Positions 12,928-24,665 of a DNA stretch of 64,000 bases are shown one piece after another. Where the stretch lies: contig NC_045696.1 of NCBI RefSeq assembly GCF_009834535.1, positions 24,306,001 to 24,370,000 on the forward strand. Reading direction: 5' to 3'. The notes beneath the pieces were generated by a model that was not told the DNA's origin, made no database searches, and saw nothing but the letters and a program-made list of their open reading frames with translations. Position numbers and translations under genes: made by a program. This stretch comes from Camelus ferus (lineage: Eukaryota). The number at the start of each line of letters is the position of its first letter. The stretch's first letter is position 1.

Positions 12928-13092
12928 TTCTAGTTTCTAATCTAAGTCAATTGCGTGGAAATTTAGCATTCAGTTACCGAAAAATGTTTCATCTAACATG
13001 GAATGGTAACATAGCAGACAATACCTTACATTCAAATATATATTTATTTTTAAGAAGTTATGCCATGATTTCCTTTTGTTCACTATTGTTTG

Positions 13093-13332
13093 TTTTCTTT
13101 TTTTCTTGAAGTATAGTAATGTATATAATGTTGTGTCAATTTCTCATGTTCAGCATAATGTTTCAGTTATACATATACATACATATATTCCTTTTCATAT
13201 TTTTTTCCTTGTAGGTTACCAAAAGATATTGGATATAGTTCCTTGTGCTATACAGTATAAACTTGCTATCTACTTCATATTTAGTAATTAGTATCTGCAC
13301 ATCTCATACTCCCAATTTATCCATTCTTCTCC
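13093..13332 (-). mobile_element. Short LINE-1 3' UTR, antisense
   Basis: ttgaagtatagt...gatatagttccttgtgctatacagta...ctcccaatttatcc is the reverse complement of the same L1 3' UTR type. Confidence 0.85.
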
Positions 13333-14065
13333 TTTAATCCCATCAGTTACCTTGAGAGGAGGTGAAAGAATTTTACAGGTGTAAGACTTCATTTATTAAG
13401 GAACAATTCATAAATGCTCAGAAGAGCGTAAAACTCACACACAGTTCTCTTTTGCTATTTTCCTAAAACTGATTTGACTGAGCCTAAATGAAACTTTTAG
13501 TGAGAATAGCAATTTTTTTTAACAAAATGTGGAGAAAAGAGGGAGAAGTCAAGTTGGTAATTTCAAAATATCCTCCAAAAAGTCAGTGACAGTTGTTTAA
13601 GTTTGACCTAGAAACTTTGCAGAACTTTGAAGACTTCATAGCATTCCATCCTTAGTCATTTGGGGTTCCCAAGATAATGATAATGTTAAGTGTCCCTGTG
13701 TGGTGTGTGTGCCCAAGTTTAATGTTGGCAAATGAGATTACTTTTGAGGTGCTACAGAGTGTAGGTACCAGTGAGACAAGGGCGCTTGTTGAAAAGACAG
13801 TTTATAAGTCTAGACAATATTTTAGTTTTCCATTGTTTTGTGAGTTTGGGCTACAACGGTCAAGACTGTGATGACAATAGCACTTTTCTTATGTGTATGA
13901 TGTATATTTATTGGCAACCTTCAGGCTATAATGAATTAAATAAACACTGCCAGAAAAACAAAGGTATTTTTGAGCTTGTAAAAGTTCTGTATTTCAATAA
14001 TAAAACACACATACACACACACACACAAAGTCCCATCTCTGAGAAAAAACACTTATTATTAGATC

Positions 14066-14580
14066 TGTAGAGGAGGAAATGCTTTCCTTGACTCTTTTAG
14101 GGTCCCCGATTGGTTTTGAAAATTAAACTGATGAAGACAGAATAAGGAGAGAAAGCATACACATTTTGTAGAATTTTTACATGTACAAGAGAGTCTTCAC
14201 ATGAGAATGAAGACCCAAAGAAATGACCAGAGAAGGAAGTTTTTACACCTTTTTAGACCCAGAAATAATACGTTTGTGAAGAATTGTCAAGACAGAGGGT
14301 TTTGGGCTATGTATATGTAATCAGGGGGAAGAGGTAACCAGGAAGATAAGGGTTAGTTTAACAAGGTTTGTTTGTATCCCTGCTTCTGGTGATAAGAATG
14401 TCTTCCTTCCTCTGGGTACCTTTCACGTGGGAGTTTTATGACTTGTTTCAGGGAAGAAGGGCAAAGGGGGCAGGTCGCAGTGCCCTTTCTGCTTCTGCCA
14501 TTTTCTCGAACTTCTTCAGCTTAAAGTATTCAATACGCCAAGGTACCCTATTCTGGGATAGCATGTCCTGAACCTCATCG
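14066..14580 (-). mobile_element. Solo ERV1-class LTR (MER34/MER39-like), antisense
   Basis: Minus strand starts gatgaggttcaggacatgctatcccagaatagggtaccttggcgtattg and ends ...cctctaca; 4-bp TSD GATC at 14062-14065 and 14581-14584. Confidence 0.8.
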
Positions 14581-15475
14581 GATCTTTCTCAGAAAATGCA
14601 TACACTGTAAATTAAATACTTCTGGCCATTCCGCATTTACTGATCCAAATGTAGGGCTTCTTTCTGAGATACTTGGTTTTTACTTTGGTTTTTGTTCATT
14701 ACATATATGGGATCTTTTTACAGTTCCAAATATTCAGCAAATATTTAAAGACTGCCTACGAAGTACTAAGTTCTGCATATGCATTGGTGACTAAGGTGGA
14801 CATGACCCCTCTTCTCATGAAGTTTTTTCTTATTTTATTCAAATGTTCGTGGAATTTATGGAAATGTCCGCACAGGATGCAGTGAGCTAGAATATCAGCG
14901 TTTTAAATTGGGAAGGAATCCTTATAGCTGACAGATGATAAAACCAAGGTGCAGAACAGTTAAATGACTTGACCTCGGTTATGCAGGAGAAAATCCAGGT
15001 TTTCCCACCTTCCATGCTCTGCACTCAACCACAGAGTCACTGTTGGTTGGGAAGAGAAGAAGAGCAGGGAGCGTGGGGGAACCTCCTAAAGTTAATTAGC
15101 TTAATTTCCAGCAGGACAGATGTGATTTTAAAGATTAAATCAAATAAATATGTGAGAATTTTGTCTTGGAACTGACCCACCTTACTTTGAGAAGCTGCTT
15201 TAGTGGTGCAACCTAGCATAAATGTCGTGGGTCCCGTCCAGACCTGCCTCGGGATGGCAGAGCTGCTGCTCCACTCTGTCCCCGCCCTCTCCAGGAAGCA
15301 AAGTCAAATCCACATGATGGCTGTGACTGTGGCCCTGAAATGGTTCCCATCATGGGAAAAGCCCAGTCCTAATTCTGGCCCACTACTCAGCAGGACTGTA
15401 TTATGGGATACCTATTTCATACTTCCACAATCTTGCTGAGAAGTAGTTTAGCAAGTGATAGTTAGTCGAGGACAG

Positions 15476-15695
15476 AGACAGCATTGTGGGCCCTGCAGGC
15501 TGCCTTCTGAGTTTAAGGCTTGTTTTTTCACTTACTAGCTGTGTGGACTTGAATAAGTGACTTAACCTCTCTGAGCCTTAGTTTTAATGCTTAAAAGATG
15601 GAGATCATAATATAGTTGTGAAGACTTGAGTTAATATATGTGAGTCACTTAGAACTGTGTCTGGAACAGAGCAAGATCTAAATAATTGCTATTTT
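15476..15695 (+). mobile_element. MIR SINE
   Basis: cacttactagctgtgtggacttgaataagtgacttaacctctctgagccttagttt core and cacttagaactgtgtctggaacagag 3' part. Confidence 0.85.
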
Positions 15696-17599
15696 TAGAG
15701 TAAACACCAGCATTCGTGCAAAATGGGTTGGCGTTACAAATAGTACCATTGAGGCAACATTGTGTCGTGTGTGTGTGTGTGTGTACATGCATGACAGATC
15801 TAGCATTTGAGACAAAAGAAAGTTCTTCAAAGTAGAGACTCCCAAAAGTATTTTTTTTCTCAATTTAAACCCCTCAACTTTCCATCAGAGAGCCTTTCAA
15901 AAGAGAATGTTTTCTGTGTCTCATTGGCCTTTTCCCACAGGTTAGTAGCCCTAACATGATTTTTCTGCTTTATACATACAAAAATAAATAAAAGTAAAAA
16001 ATAATCAAACAAACAGTCCCAAAAAACCAAGTACGAAGATCTTTCAGGCATTTTATGTTGTGTTATCAAATCTAGAGTTTCTGTTTGCCTTCTCTACACA
16101 GAAAGAGATCTCAAAGTTTGGTGTTGTATGATGTAATGCTGAGTCTCCCAGTCCCTGTGGTTCTCAAAAGAGAACATAAGTCACCCCATTCAATTAAGCA
16201 CTGACACTATAAATTCTTGTTTTCTGATGAAATCATTTGTTGTTGGTAGAGTTAGTGGGCATATGATGGAGGGCTGGCTGGAAGTATCAATAACTCTATT
16301 TCTGATCTTACCTCTTCTCCTCCAAGGACTGTATTCAATACATCAAGAATCTATGTGCTGTTTGACAAAGCTGAGCATTTTCTCATTTTTGCAAACTTTG
16401 TATTCTCCATTTTATTTAAATCATTTCAAGCCCTTACAGGAGAAGAACAGCTGAACTGAATGTTAGGTACATTTCATTAACATGTGTCTTACAAATCACG
16501 ACTGATTTTATAGATGTATTAGGTTAAATTCACTGGGGAGATTTCCTTCTTTATTCTACATGGATTTCATTTTTCTTAAGAAATGCAGATTATAGAGAAG
16601 TTGGAACCAATAGTTTTGCCATTCACATTGTATGTATGAGTGATATCTGTGCATATTCAACTAATTAACAGTTAAATTTACTGAAATATCAATAATTGAT
16701 GATAACTTCAAAAGTACACACCTGCAAAAAAGGAACTATCTCTTAAAACTTTTTATTCATCTTTCAAAACTTAAAAAAAAAATTACCTTGAAGTGTGCAA
16801 TAGTGTCAAAAAAGACCCCCAGTACAACATACTTAAATGACTCATTTCTCTGGGTGCCACAGGGATCTAGTCTTTCTTTCAAGTCCACCCTTGCTCCACC
16901 CTCCACTGGACCCTTCACAGGACCAATGAAGGTCTAGACAAGCTAGTTTTGTAAATGGCTACATTTTATGGTGTGATACTAATAAAATGAGCTGTGATTG
17001 TCGTTTTCTGAATTCCTTTTTCTTATGTCTAAATGGATTTGAGGGAAGACTAATTTCTACACATCAGGGCACCTTCCTCATCTATGAAAATCAAGGGATG
17101 TTTTTCAGATGGGAGTTTATACCGGAATGCATGAATCAGACCTTTGCAAAACCCAGAGGACTGTGCTAGAGCTCAGTAATGTCTGGCATGGGAGTTTTTA
17201 AGAGCTTTTGCAAGTGCATTGCTGTGAAGCCACTGATTAAACTTAGTCAGCTTGAAGAAAGTTGAAGACATGTGACAGCTTGTACTGGGCAGATCCAATA
17301 ATCTCCTCTAGCTTCAGAGAGTTGTAAATTGTCAGAGAAGTCTTGGCATCGTGTCATGATGTAGCACATATTGTAAAATAATATACTAGTAGACAAATAG
17401 CTAGAACACATTTCAGCAAAGGTAGTGCATCCCTGGCAGTAAATGACTGCATTTGGCATCAACCTCAAAGGTACAAGAGGAGGCCTGAAAGCATGATTCT
17501 TTCAAATTAGTGTTTTTTTCTATGATCTATTTACTCTTATGTTGTGATCGAGACACTGTAGATTTTGTTCTTCTCATATGTACTCTTAAAATTTTAACA

Positions 17600-18720
17600 C
17601 ACTTTTAAAAATTTGTATTTTTCTGTTGATATTTTGGATGGAAAGTATCTGGAGCTCCCCCCGCCCCCAAAGGGTAATAATCTTATCTCACTTTCGTTTT
17701 CTTCTTCTTCATTAATGTTGCCACTTTTCACATTGCGTTTCACTGGAATTGTTATTCCAAGTGTTTATTATGCTTTTGGTTTTTCATTGTCCATTAACAA
17801 TTACCTAGGTGTTACTATGAATCTACTACTCTTCTGTGTTTTGGGAACTACAGCATGCCTTTTTGGGGAATTCATTGGGGGAATTCACTATTTATTGGTG
17901 TGTATTCACAATCAATTCTCTCAGAGATTGATTAACTTGTTAAACACTCTCAGACTTTGGTTTTCTGAATATTTGGTTTATATTGTCTTTCACTTTAATG
18001 CCAGTTTGGCTGAGTATAGGATTATACATTTGAAATAATTCCCCCCTTTAATTTGGAAGATTGTAATCTCTATCTTCTCGTATTGAATTATGCTCCTGAG
18101 AAGTTACACTGATGGCAGGCTGATTTTTCAGGGTTTGTGTTTTGCTCATTTCAAGTCTAGCTTAGCACTTTTAATTTGAAGATTCATGTTTTCTTCAGAC
18201 CTGAGAATTTTTTGTCTGGCATTTATTTGATTATATATTTCTCTGTGTTTTCTCTTTTCTCTCATTCTGTAATTTCTATAATCTGAATTTTGGAATTTCT
18301 GGTTAAACTCTTCATATCAGTTAACTCCACATTCCTATTTTTTTTTCCTTTAGTTCATTTGTTCTGTTTCATGTGAGAATATCTCAGCCAAATTTTTCAA
18401 ACCATGGATTCATTATATAGTATATATTACTGCTATTGTTGCATGCCTATTGAATTTTTCATTTCTGTTTTGTTTTTATTCTAAGAGCTCTAGGAAATAC
18501 ATGTTCACAGATGCAGTGTTCTTTCAAATCTAACTATATATTCATTCTAAATCTTCTTGTTTTGCTTTAAGAACTTTTTTCCTGGGGGGTTCATTCTTTT
18601 TGTTATTGACTGGCTTCTATATCACTGACTTTCTTAAAATGCTTAGTGCTTCTTGGCTATCTATAATTTTGGTTTTGAAAATCATCATTCATGTGCCTTT
18701 TGTATTTCTGTAACCTGCCT
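17600..18720 (-). mobile_element. Ancient LINE-1 (ORF1-region) fragments, antisense
   Basis: T-rich strand with gccagtttggctgagtataggatt and gattcatgttttcttcagacctgagaatttt, typical of antisense old L1M ORF1. Highly degenerate; edges uncertain. Confidence 0.55.
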
Positions 18721-20917
18721 CCAATGCACAGAGGAAGCATTTTAAATGGAAACTTGTCTTCCAAATGTGAGAGTTCCCATCACGCCCAGAAATCAGTGGC
18801 TACCTGACCACGAGGAGACTTTTCCATCCCCAGTTCTCTTCTTTAACCAATTGTTAAAGCCCACGTAGATCAAAAGGAGAAAGGAAGAAATTGACTAGCC
18901 CGTTGCTCCAAATGCAAGTCTCTAATTAAGATTCCTTCTAAATGTTCCAGGATTTTCCCTTAATTCTCGGAATTACTGACACTAGACTTAGAGATCTTCA
19001 GAACTCCTACCTCCACATTATATGTTATAACCTCTTGCCTCCTACATATGTTATAACCAATAGTTTCTTCCAGTTTTGTTTTACTGAAGACCTCATTGTA
19101 TATGCTTCTATATCTCAGAAATTCCAAAACTTTGTGGTTCATTGATTTTACTTTTTATAGTTTTAAAAATACTTCTTTTTTGTTGTTGTTTTGTGTGATT
19201 TGAAGTGAGAGGGAAAGTATAAGTGTATCTTCTGTCTATCCTAGGGCAGGAATAATCTTTAAAAGAAAAGCTTACAAAAGTGAATTTATTTCCTCCAAAT
19301 TCAAGGGAAACACTTCAATTCAAAAATTTATTTGGCTTTCAGTATAGGGGCTTTACAAACATAGGAATGGTAAATTGTAAATCACAATCAGTCTTGCATT
19401 GCAAATATTTTCTTAGGTCTTATCATGAGATAATAAGGTGAAGAGAAAGTTCCTTCAATTCTTTTTTTGACCTTATACCCTGCTATTTAGGGGTATTTTT
19501 CCTAGCAATGTTCTCATTATAATAAAGTTTCACCACAATAAATGTGAAATCTCCTTACAGTTTATTGTAATTGGTTGAGATATTAATTTTTAATGGAGTT
19601 CTCATGAGGACAAGGAGACATCCTTTGGGATCATGTGGTGGTTTTATCCTCAGAGAAGATGAAGTCATTTTGAATATAGAGCATCCCTTAACTCGCTTAA
19701 TGGGATCATTGACCAATAACTTTCTATCAGTGACCTGACTTGACTTCAATGCTGAGTTGTCTGAAATATATGCAGGACTGTGACATTTAATTACAACACG
19801 CTTTTCAGAAATAGCATCATTACATGTTAGCCACTGGATCATGTACTTTTGGCAGTGGATATGGGCTAATTTCAACAATGCAAACTTCTTTTTTTAAACT
19901 GCAGTTACAGACATAGAGGACAGAAACTCTCTGTGCTACTCTACATGGCTATGAGCCTGGACTAATGAAGGAGAAGGCATTGCAGGTGGTTGATATAGTA
20001 ATGCTGAATATTAACTCCATAGTAATCTTCCTTCTCTCTTTTCCTATTTTCTTCTTTCTTGCAGAAGGTTGTAAATACCCATGTTGTGTGTCTTTCAGCA
20101 TATTTTTGCAAGAAAATAGCATATCTTCTAAGCTTCTGGAAGTCACTAGAAAATTGCAAATAATGAAGTCATTTCTAAAGTCCACACAGTTTTTAATTTG
20201 CTTAGATTTCCCACTGTTTCTTTTAATAACTCAGACTGGCTTAATACTTTATTTTTCAGGAAATGGCCCTATAGCAGAAAAAATAATTTAGCAATTGATT
20301 CGACAATATTGGAGTCAAAATATTAATGACAGAGACAGATCAATCCAAAAAGAGTATTTGATTTTCTATACTAAATCTGACTTTGACTTTCACATTCAGC
20401 TTCTCCTAAATGCATGTTAGCTCTGTAATGTTGGGTCACTCCTTATTTAATATGAGAGTAGTGATTCATATTCTTTTTTAGCAAATGAGATGAAAAAGTT
20501 TAGTAAGTTCACCCAAGTCATAAATCAGTCATTGGTAGGTCCAAGGTTAAAATTCAGGAATTCTGGCAGAAATGCAAAGAGAACTCCCCAATGCCTAAAA
20601 AAATCTAGTAACAAGGCTATAAATCAAAAAAGAGATGGCCCATAGTTCAGAGAGCTGGAGGCTGGATGAAAATTATAAAGAAATCTCCAGAGTATCACTT
20701 GTGCTAAGATTCCCAAGTACAACTGAAGGGAAATTCCTGATCCCATTATGAAATAATTTGAAGTCAGTGGTGAATTGAATATAACTAAACCTGCAAAAAT
20801 GTCCAAACACAGCTTGACTATAGATTAGATTGACCCAGCTCATCAAACTTATACTCTGACAGAAGAAAAGGCATGATTTTTCTGCAGGAAAATAATGTTT
20901 CACTTTAGTCATTACTG

Positions 20918-20919
<2 letters not shown>

Positions 20920-20948
<29 letters not shown>
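20920..20948. repeat. Poly(T) run, ~29 nt
   Basis: Seen directly. Confidence 0.95.
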
Positions 20949-20954
<6 letters not shown>

Positions 20955-22866
20955 TGTGTCCAAAATATAATAAAAAAAATTATAAGGCAAGTGATAATTC
21001 ATGTTAAAGAGAGAGCATAGTCAATAAAAGCAAATGCTGAGATGTTCCAGGTGTTGGAATTATCAGACAGAGACTTTAAAATCGCTATGATTAATATGTG
21101 GAAAGGATGAATTATGTGTGTGAATAGATGAGGAATTTTATTAGAGATATGGACATTTTTATAAAGTTAAAATGAAAAGCAAAAATGAAATATATGTTAT
21201 AAGAAAGGAAGAATTCATTTAATAGGTTTATTGACAACTGGACTGAGCACAGAAAAGAATTAGTGAACCTAAGATGGATCAGTAGAGATTATCCAAAATG
21301 AAAGACAACAATGAAAATAATGGAGTAGAGTATCTTGAGATCTATGGGACAGAATCGAATGATTTAACATATGTGTAACTGGTGTCTAAGGAGAGGAGAG
21401 AAAGAATGGGGCAGAAGAAATATTTGAAGAGATAATGAACAAAAATTTCCCCAAATTAATGAAAGACACAGAAGAAGCACAACAAACCCTAAGCAGAGTA
21501 TGTACAAAGAAATCTCCCTCTTAGTACATCATAGTCAAAGTATCATAAACCGGAAATAAAAGAATATATTAAAAAGAGACAAATAAAAAAAGACAACCAC
21601 AAAGAAGAGAATGGTGATAAGAATTCCATGACAAACAGTGAAGGCTAGAAGAGAATAGAACCACGGCTATAAAATGCTAAAAGAGAAATCAGCCTACACT
21701 TCATATCCTGTAAAAATAGCCTTAAAAATGAAGATGAAATAAAGACAGCTTCAGAGAGGATAAAAGGTTGTGAGAGTTTGTCTGCAGCATATCTGTGTCA
21801 CAACAAATACTTAAAGATGTTCTTTGGACTGAAGAGAAATTGTGCCATGTGGAAGGATCTGAAAGAAAAAACAAAGAGCACCAGAAAGAGAAAATATGTA
21901 CATAAATATTTGTATGGCTGTCACCACCCCTGTTCCACATTGGCCAGAAATTTTATTTACTGCAAGAAGGCCAGAAAAAGAAATGAGACATAAAGATTCA
22001 AAAGGAAGAAGTGAATCTGTCATTAATCACAGGTGGCACTATTATGTGTGTATACAACTCCATGGAATCCACACACACAAGATAATAACTATGAGAACTG
22101 ATACATGAACTTAGCAAGGTCTCAGATATAGGTCCAATACTCAAAAAATCAATTGTATTTCTAATTATTAACAATTGTTAAATCAAAATTTAAAATACCA
22201 TTTAAACAGTCTCTAACCTCTTAAATAGCTAGAAATAAACCTAACAAAAGATGAGCAAATTATAAAGCATTACTGAAAGAAATTTTAATGTACCTAAATA
22301 AATACCATATTCATGAATTGAAGTGCTCAATATTGTTAAGATGTTCATCTTCCCCAAAATTACTTACAGATTTGATACAATTTCAGTAAAAAATATCAGT
22401 AAGTTTTTTGAAGAAATTACAAGTTAGTCTGAAAAAGCAAAGGACCTAGAATAGCCAAAGCAATATTGATAAAGAAGAACAAAGGTGATGGATTCCCACT
22501 ACTTGATTTTAAGGCTTAATACAGTGTCACAATAATCAAGTCAGTGTGGTATTGGCATAACAATAGACAAATAGATTGATGGAAAAGAATTTTAAAAATC
22601 CAGAAATAGGCACATGCACACATAGGTGATATATACACACATTATATGATATACACACACAGATATATATAAGATATGTACACACACACATATGATACAT
22701 ACATACACAAATATACTTATGTCTGACCAAAGTGGCAAATCAAACTAGTGAGGAAGAGAAAATTCTTTCCGACATGATGCAGCCAGAACTGGATTTCCAC
22801 TAGAAAGGAAATTGAACTTTGGCCCTACCTCACTCAATACACAAACAATTATTTGGAGATGAATCA

Positions 22867-23354
22867 TAAACAGTGGCGGAATATATCCCCACTCAAATGC
22901 GCCATGTTGGCACAAGGATTATTCTGAGCTAAAAGCACTTAAAAAACAGCAGGTATAAGAACACTCTGGCCTCCCTTTTCTTCCTGAAAGCAAAAGATAA
23001 AATTTCCATGTGAAAAATGTCCTTCTTGGAGCAGGAGGAAAGAAAGACTCTTATCGTCAGAGATGGGGAGTCAAGGCTGAGAGAAATCTGTACAAACAGA
23101 CCTTGTTACAATAACTTTTATTTTCTTTTAGTCTCCCTATCCATTCGCTTTTCTATAATTGTCTCTCTTTGTTCAACTTAGTGCATAAAAACTTAGGCCT
23201 AGCCACTTCTCTGGGTCATCATGTTTTAATGAGGCTCCCAGGTAGCTGTAAAATTCTGGATGTTTTTCTCCTGTTAATCTGTCTTCTGTCAATTTAATTC
23301 TCAGTACCAACTAAGGACCTTAGAGGATAGAGGTAAAATTTTGCCTCCCCTACA
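22867..23354 (+). mobile_element. Solo ERV1-class LTR (MER34-like) nested in the L1
   Basis: gccatgttggcacaaggattattctgagctaaaagc near the 5' end; tttttctcctgttaatctgtcttctgtc...cctcccctaca 3' end; L1 sequence resumes after it. Confidence 0.75.
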
Positions 23355-24199
23355 TGAATTTATATATAAAAACTATAATAAAAAATTCTTCTAGAAGAAA
23401 ACAAGTAAGAATATCTTTGCCTCCCTGGTGAATGCAGATTAATTAGACAAAAATTTAAATATATCACTATAAAACAATATTAAATTTCACCAAAATTACA
23501 AATTTCTGCTCATGAAAAGAAAATGAATAGACAAGCAACGGATTGGGAAAATATTCTTATCATTTCTCTTTCAGAATAACTCATATCCAGAATATACAAA
23601 GAACTTTTACAAGTCAACAGTAAAAAGGTAAACAGCCCAATTAAAACATGGGAAAAGACTGGAATAGACACTTGGCAAGAGAAAAGACAGGAATGAGCCT
23701 GCCCACATGGGAAGGAGGTTGGCGTGCCCACAACACTCAACACTGTAAGTCTTCAGGGAGATGTGATTTCAGTATAATGAGATAGCATTTCACACCCACT
23801 GGACTGGCTAAGAACTGACCATACCATACAGTGGAGAGAATGAGGAGCAACTTAAACACTCACAGATTGTTGTTGCTGTTGTAAAATGTGACAACTCTTT
23901 TGGAGCATGGTTTGCCGGTTTCCTAAAAGTTAATCATTTTTTGTAACAGAAGTTCCACTCCTAGGTATTTATCCAAGTGATATGAAAATGTATGTCCACA
24001 AAATTGTACAAGAATGATCAGAGGAACAATTTAAGTCTCTCTGTTTGCGAAAATGGATGAGCAAATTGTGTTACATTCATACAATGAAATATTAGTCAGC
24101 AATAAAGAGGAATAAGCTAGTAATATGTACAACAACATGAATGAGTCTCAAAAACATAATACTGAGCAAAAGAAGCCAGATATAAAATCCATATGATGA

Positions 24200-24665
24200 T
24201 GTGACCAGCAGGACCCCATGGGGCCTTCTCAGGACAGACCCCTCCCCCATGTCTTCTGCTGTAACTCCTTTCTGAAGTACCCAGATAATAGTATCTGATG
24301 CATGCTTCCCAAGATGTTTTACAGATGCTACAAGCACCACCAAATGGAAGAAATTGACTACTTGATGATCATGAGGCCCCAGACCTAATGGCACCTAAGG
24401 ATTGATAATGTTAACCACCCTGTTACCTCACCGTCAAACAATCAGAGACTTGTACATGAGCTGATCACACACCTGCACACCCCCACCTCACCTGGCTTTT
24501 AAAAATGCTTTGCTGAAAGCTTTTGGGGAGTTAGGGGCTTTAGAGCTTGAGCCACCCTTATTGGTGACTTTAAAATAAATGCTGCGTTTTCCTTCATCCC
24601 AACCCAGTGTCAGAAGATCAGCTTTTCTGGGCAAAGGTGAGGGACCTAAGTTTGGTTCAGTCACA
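24200..24665 (+). mobile_element. Solo ERV1-class LTR (probably lineage-specific) nested in the L1 3' UTR
   Basis: Perfect 6-bp terminal inverted repeats TGTGAC...GTCACA, AATAAA at 24574-24579, 466 bp long. Confidence 0.8.

Noticed and set aside
20728..20737. NF-kB-like GGGAAATTCC (also GGGATTCCCC at 2461-2470)
   Set aside because: Isolated 10-mers at roughly chance frequency with no supporting context.
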